In this document: one piece after another, positions 58,438-64,000 of the stretch
Layout of the letters: each line of letters starts with the position of its first letter
Position numbering within the stretch: the stretch's first letter is position 1
Assembly: GCA_009103225.1 (NCBI GenBank)
Contig: RHPI01001715.1
Span: forward strand, 1,206,011 to 1,270,010
From: Chlorokybus atmophyticus
Taxonomy: Eukaryota; Plantae; Mesostigma and Chlorokybus algae
Direction: 5' to 3'
DNA: 64,000 bases
The notes under the pieces: model-generated
What the model was told of the DNA's origin: nothing
Seen by the model: the letters and a program-made list of their open reading frames with translations, nothing else
The model's database searches: none
Position numbers and translations under genes: made by a program

Positions 58438-61400
58438 CTATACTATACCCATAATCTGCTTCTCCAACTTGTCCAACCGTTTCACCTTAAGCACAGACAC
58501 CAGCGACTGCAGCATGAAGAAGCCGCACATCGCAAAGCTCGCTAGCGCAGGTTGCCTCACGGCATTTGCCTGCAGCGTCGTGCCAATGTTGGCAAAGGTT
58601 GCAGCCAAGACGCCCTTGAATATGAGCGACTGCATCTCCGCAACGCGCTTGAACGCGCGCTCGGACTCCAGCGTGCGCACCCGCAGCTTCAGATCTCCCT
58701 GCTCCAGCCTCTCAAGCACGTTCTCCAACTTAGCAATGCGGTCGGGGCCCTTGAACAGATTGCCGATGGCGGAGTTGTTCCTCTGCAGACGCGTGCTCAA
58801 GTCCTTCACCACCAGGTTGACGCCCACCTCTTTGAGGTTGAGGATCTCCTGCACGAACGGCTTTGCGATCTCAGTGATGTCGAAACGGGGGTCAAGGCTC
58901 TTGCCGATGCCGTCCAGGACCGTGAAGGAGCGGACGACAAACGTGAAGGTTGCGGGAAAGCGGAATGGTTGATCGGCGGCAACGGCCAGAAGGTCTTCAC
59001 CTATGCTCGCAAGCCGTTGGCTGCGCTTGGCTTGCTTCTCTTCTTTGGATAGCTTGGGTTTGAACCCAGCGACCTCACCTTGCTGCTTCTCTTCCTTCTG
59101 CTTTTTCAACCTTTCACCAAAGGAGTCCAAGAAGAACTGCGCTGTCCTTCGAATTGATACCATGTCACCGGTGGGTACGAGCACGCCCATCTTCACCATC
59201 GCATCCAGCACCTTGCTGGCATCACGCTCGTAAACAGCGTAAAAGGCGTCCTGCAAACCGCTGCGGATGTCCTTGTTGATCCTTCCCATCATACCAAAGT
59301 CATAGTAGATCAACCTCCCGCCTGTCTCCGCGTCTACAGCAATGTTGCCTGGATGCTGCACCATACAATTACATGTAATTAGTGAGATGCGAGTTGGAGG
59401 ACAGAACAGACTAAAGCACCAGGTGTGTACCGGATCTGCATGGAAGAAACCGTGCCGCAGAATCTGCATGAGGTAGCTCTCCACGCTTAACCTAGCCAGG
59501 CGCTGGCGGTCCAAGCCCAATCTGTCTATGCCAGCTGCATCATTGATCTTCAGGCCGGGAGCGTACTCCTGTACATAGCGATGACCCAGTGAGATCAGCA
59601 ACAGCTCTCACACACTAGCAAGCTCTCATGCATACAGATTGAGTTGCATTTTCAATGGCACCATTGTAAGGACTCGCTTGGTTGTGTACGGCCAGTAGAT
59701 CTCCGGAACCTTGACCCAAGGCTCATTGGCAAAATTCCTCCTGAACTCCTCAGAATTCTCACCTTCCTGCAAACGTGCTGGTTAAGCAACCCAACACAGT
59801 GGCCTCCAAGCAGTAGTGTAAACAAACTTTGCTTGCGCACTGTTACAAACTGTTCAAAGGAAAATAAACGATGGCTTACCTGTACATAGTCAATCTCGCG
59901 GTACAACATCTGTGCGCACTCGTCATAGATGGCAACCCAGTCACGCTTGGCACCATCAGTCTTGGGGTCAATCTTCTGCAGGTTGACGGCCAGAACTCTG
60001 AGGTTCTTCAAGTCAATATCAAACAGGTCCTGCCAGACACACACCCTATGAGCAAGCAACGCAAAATAAGGCGCAAAAGGGCGACTTCCATGTAACACCA
60101 ATGGTGCTTACCTTCAGTCCAGGTCGCTGGACCTTTATAACCACCTGCTTCCCATTCAACACCGCTCGATGAACCTGCACCGCGAGCAACAGTAAATACA
60201 TGTAGAGAATGTCCTGTGCCGGATGAGCGTCTGATATGTGAGGACCAGGCCGACAAACACTCTGCGCTTTGCAGACCTGCCCAAGACTGGCAGCAGCTAT
60301 GGGAACATCTTCAAACGAGTCAAAAACAGCCTCAACCGGCCTGCCAAGCTCTTCTTCAATGATTTGGCGAGCGACTGTATGATCAAAGGGGGGCACTCTA
60401 TCCTGTGAGGTATACAATATCAGCGGCATTACCACATAACACTGTTGCATGCCGTCAACCACTTGGTGTGTTTACTAACATCTAACCATGCTGGCACGCC
60501 TGCAAACGTTGATGCACAATTGTGGCAGCTGCTGGCATCTCAGCAAGATGTCTCACCTGTAGAGACTCCAACTCCTTCACAAACTCCGGTGATAACACAT
60601 CAACACGTGTGCTGAACTGCTGTCCTAGTTTGATGAAAGTAGGTCCCAACCGCAACAACTCATCCTTTACCCATCTAGCAAGGATGCTTCTCCTTTCGGA
60701 CTGCTTCGCGGGTGTCATGCCACCCTGATAACCAATGACTGAGCAACTGCCGTCACAACCCTACGGCTGTTCAACTTGCAAAGCGTACCTTGTAAGTCCA
60801 TTTCTGCTTTATCAGAAAATTCTTGATGAAGAAACTGGCCACAAACTTCCAAATCTCAAATGAGCGCTGCAACGTGCCATAGGTCTTGAAGCGGTTCCAC
60901 TTGCCGCCTGCAGCCTCTGCCACAACCGCTGCGGCCTTAAGCTGGGATTGAGTGGGCGTCTGCAGTGGTGCTTCCAAAACTGGACTGCTGGTTGCGCTCG
61001 AAAATGGAGGCACCACCTGCGCGTGAGTGACACCAAATGGTCCATATAGGTTTGCACTAATACATTGAAAACCTTGGAGTAGACCTTTCCAGTCCCATGC
61101 CAGCATCCACACTAAATGACACAAGACTGACGCGCACGCTCATGTGCGCGAACATGTGCAAAAGTGCTGTCCTGCAAGCACACGCGCGCACCTTTACGCA
61201 TGCCACATGCAGCACAGCACCTTGGCATCAACAATCATGCATTATTCACACCAACTTCTTGAAAAACCTCTCGTCTAATGATTCTCGTCGCATACCGGCA
61301 TGCAATCGACCAAGTGAAGTACGCACACATGCGCACAAGCCCCATCACAAACATGCACATGCATAAATTGATGAGCTCTCATAGTTGAAGTTACCCAACA

Positions 61401-62581
61401 TACCGTTTGTTGTGAAGAACCAGATACGGATGCACCCAGAGACTCTTCCAGCCTCACACCGTTTGGTTCGTCAAACTCCTTCATAATAACTGCAGCGACT
61501 GCACTGGCATCAACACCATTGCCGTTCAGCTGTTCGGCCTCCAGGACAGCAGTGCCGTTGCCATTTGCCTATCGCATGGCCATGAACCAATCAATAACCT
61601 GGCGACTGCAATTGCAGCTCAGCATATCTGTGACATTAAATTTAGTAAGGCTTATGACCATGACAAACTGCATGACATGTGAAAAAACAGCCAGCAAAAC
61701 TGCAATAGACATTGCGTGTGGCTGACCAGGTTTGCAAGTCAGTGCCTACCGATAGCTAGAAAAACTTTCGCAAGCATACCAAAAACAAGCACAGTGCCCA
61801 TGGAAGTGCCTTTTTACTATAAGCACCTGGAGACAGCGTAAAATGTAGTTCTGCTGTCGCATGACTGAGGGTCACTGCACACAGCTTGCTATGAACCCCA
61901 GGGACGTGTTTTCGTATATTGAGTAATACATATCAAATGACGGGGAGCAGGCTTATAGCTGCAACAAATTGCGGAAGGCAGAACTGTTGCAGGCGAGCAT
62001 ACTAAACTAAAGACACGCCTACCCTGTACATGCATGACACTTTTATGGTGTTGAGCAGACAACGTCCACAACACATACAGATCTATGAGATTCTGAAATT
62101 ATGGTGTTGAGCAGACAACGTCCACAACACATACAGATCTATGAGATTCTGAGAAGCACTGAACATCTCAAAGGCACCTCACCTTGCGCTTGACCCCGTT
62201 GAGCTCCGCACCGTTCGTCGAGGCCTCAAGCACAGCTGCGTTGTTGGCCAAGGCCTCCTTCAAGTTGACGACGCCATTCGTGTACACCCCGTTCACCTGC
62301 CCGTTCCCGTTCCCGTTCAGCCCAGCGCTCCCGTTGCTCCCGTTGCTGGCTGAGTCTTCACGAAGGGCCTCCAGGGCAGCATCCTTGCCAGCTTGCGCCC
62401 ACACCAGCAGAGGAGCTGCACCTCTTCTGCTGCTGTTGCTCTGCTTACTCCTCTGCAACGCTCTCCCAGACCCACCCACCGCAGCTCCCCTCACCACAGT
62501 CTTGCTGCTGGGCACCACCTGGCAGCTGCCCGCAGCTGAGCCCAGCATCGCCGCCGCTGCCGCCGCCGTTGTCGTCGCCAT
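58438..62581 (-). CDS. ABC1K8: Plastid ABC1 atypical kinase, ABC1K8/OSA1-like, multi-exon
   Basis: Transit peptide; [20 protein letters not shown]; [19 protein letters not shown]; [10 protein letters not shown]; KVQRPGL; GFFHADP|HPGN; YDFGMMG; [29 protein letters not shown]. Confidence 0.93.
62043..62152 (+). repeat. Exact 54-bp tandem duplication (period 56) in ABC1K8 intron 1
   Basis: TTATGGTGTTGAGCAGACAACGTCCACAACACATACAGATCTATGAGATTCTGA at 62043 and 62099. Confidence 0.95.
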
Positions 62582-63624
62582 GCTGGCCACACCTAGTGAC
62601 GCCAGCTGGCAGCCTCGACTAGGACACTTGCACACAGCTGCGAAAGGGCAGCCACTACTTGCCGCCGGATGCCCGCCCCCAGGTGTCTCCCAACGCATAG
62701 AGCGCGCACCCCTAAACCCAGTCCGCTTCAACCATGCTTGTGCTGATATCTAGTAGTTTATCACTTGCTGCCGCAAAGGCACCGATGTAGATGCCACTGA
62801 CCAGTACCAGGGTTGAAAGTTGACCGGGTCGCTTGTGACCTGCCAAGCATTGAGCGCTGCCTATTGGGTCCGTCGCGATTGCGCTTATGTGGCGGGGCCG
62901 CGCCTGGGCCGAGTTTTGAATTGTTTCTGGCCACCAGTATGAGGGGTAAGTCGCTGCCAGCCAGGTCCACACAAGTATCTAGCACTGATGAGAGATGACC
63001 GGTCGCTGGTCTCATGGGTTGGTAATCGTTGTGTGATGACAACTAAAAATTGTACATTTTCGATTTTTCCGGTATACAATAACACATACAAAACAAACAG
63101 TCAACGAGCGGTGCGGCTGATTGGGCGGGATCGGGCCGGCCGGCCGACGGGGAGGCCGGCATTAGGGCACAAAGACACATCACGCGCACTGAGGGCCATC
63201 ACACACGGCACCCGAAACTACATGCCTGCCGCGCATACCGAGCAGCCCGCCTGCCTCTCATTGGCTATGCGACGTTTATCAGCTATCGGCCATTCGGTTT
63301 GTGTTAAACAAATCTCAATATTCCAAAGCACATCCCCATATCGTGCAATTGCACAAAGTATATGCGAATGAATAAAAGAATCCATACATTTTGAGCACAA
63401 TATGCACGGTCACATATGCGTCATGTGTGCGTTATACAGTCCACCCCCGCTAAAAGACTTGACTCCAAGAGAATAACCCCTTGTAGCATACATTTTGAGA
63501 TCACCGACGATGCTACGGCAAATGTTAGTGCTTTAGAGAATATGACTAACCGCGAAGAGCATATTATTTTTCATAACATTTTTGCAAACGTAAGTGTGCA
63601 ACGTAAGTGTTAACATTGAGGGAG

Positions 63625-63775
63625 TAGCGCGTGACGGGTTTGTCATCAGGCATAATGAGTGTAATGGACAAGGCGTGATGGGTACAGTGCAACGCGTAAT
63701 CAGCATAATGAGCGTGATGGCATAATAGACGTGACGTAATGCGCGTGATGTAATGGGTGTAATGGGCGTATTAAA
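63625..63775 (+). repeat. Degenerate short-unit repeat (GCGTGA / CATAATGAG / GTAATGG motifs)
   Basis: Recurring GCGTGATG, GCATAATGAG and GTAATGGG motifs in otherwise AT-rich DNA. Confidence 0.55.
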
Positions 63776-64000
63776 CTGCTTTATAGCATACAGATGCTCT
63801 TAATGTTTAAGACCATATTATGCTCTTTATCGCCAAGAATATAACCCCGCCAGGAGCAAACTATCTTTAAAAATAAACAGTATGCTATTAAAAGGGGTGG
63901 ACTGTACAATAAATGTTTTAATGTAATTAGGTACAACTATGTACCTTAACTGTACAGTCTACCTCCACCATAAAATTCACGTGTATCTTTCAGCTTTCAT

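Noticed and set aside
58343-59233. Plus-strand ORFs overlapping ABC1K8, and similar antisense ORFs over the phosphatase and PKD genes
   Set aside because: Shadow ORFs of GC-rich coding exons, with no independent motifs.
61806-61826. U5 snRNA loop-1-like GCCTTTTTACTA
   Set aside because: It has five Ts instead of four, and lacks the long U5 stem and Sm site.

Overview
Eukaryotic, intron-rich nuclear DNA from a green alga (Viridiplantae). Several plant-type protein families suggest an early-diverging streptophyte alga, but this cannot be proven from the window. There are three assembly gaps (23827-24105, 28413-28902, 33127-33274). Left to right: a decayed Ty3/Gypsy-type retroelement with gag-protease-integrase-PHD but no visible RT/RNase H; a PLAC8 gene (+); calreticulin (-); TRAPPC2/sedlin (-), head-to-head with a conserved plastid membrane protein (+); a BSU1/PPKL-type phosphatase that lacks Kelch repeats (-); an apparently intact, intron-rich DDE transposase gene (DxxH supergroup, DUF6729-like) with structured left-end DNA (+); a mitochondrial-type EF-P (-), head-to-head with a KDM5/PKDM7-like demethylase carrying ARID, two C5HC2 fingers, AP2 and FYRN/FYRC (+); two tandem paralogous secreted proteins built from NIDO, bacterial-like PKD repeats and a PDF1/FOCL1-like C-terminal domain (-); and ABC1K8/OSA1 (-). 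The best novelty candidates are the NIDO-PKD-PDF1 mosaic gene pair, the AP2-containing demethylase, the Kelch-less and possibly myristoylated PPKL, and the transposon. All gene models were spliced by eye from GT/GC-AG signals and reading frame. Family assignments come from remembered motifs, not database searches.
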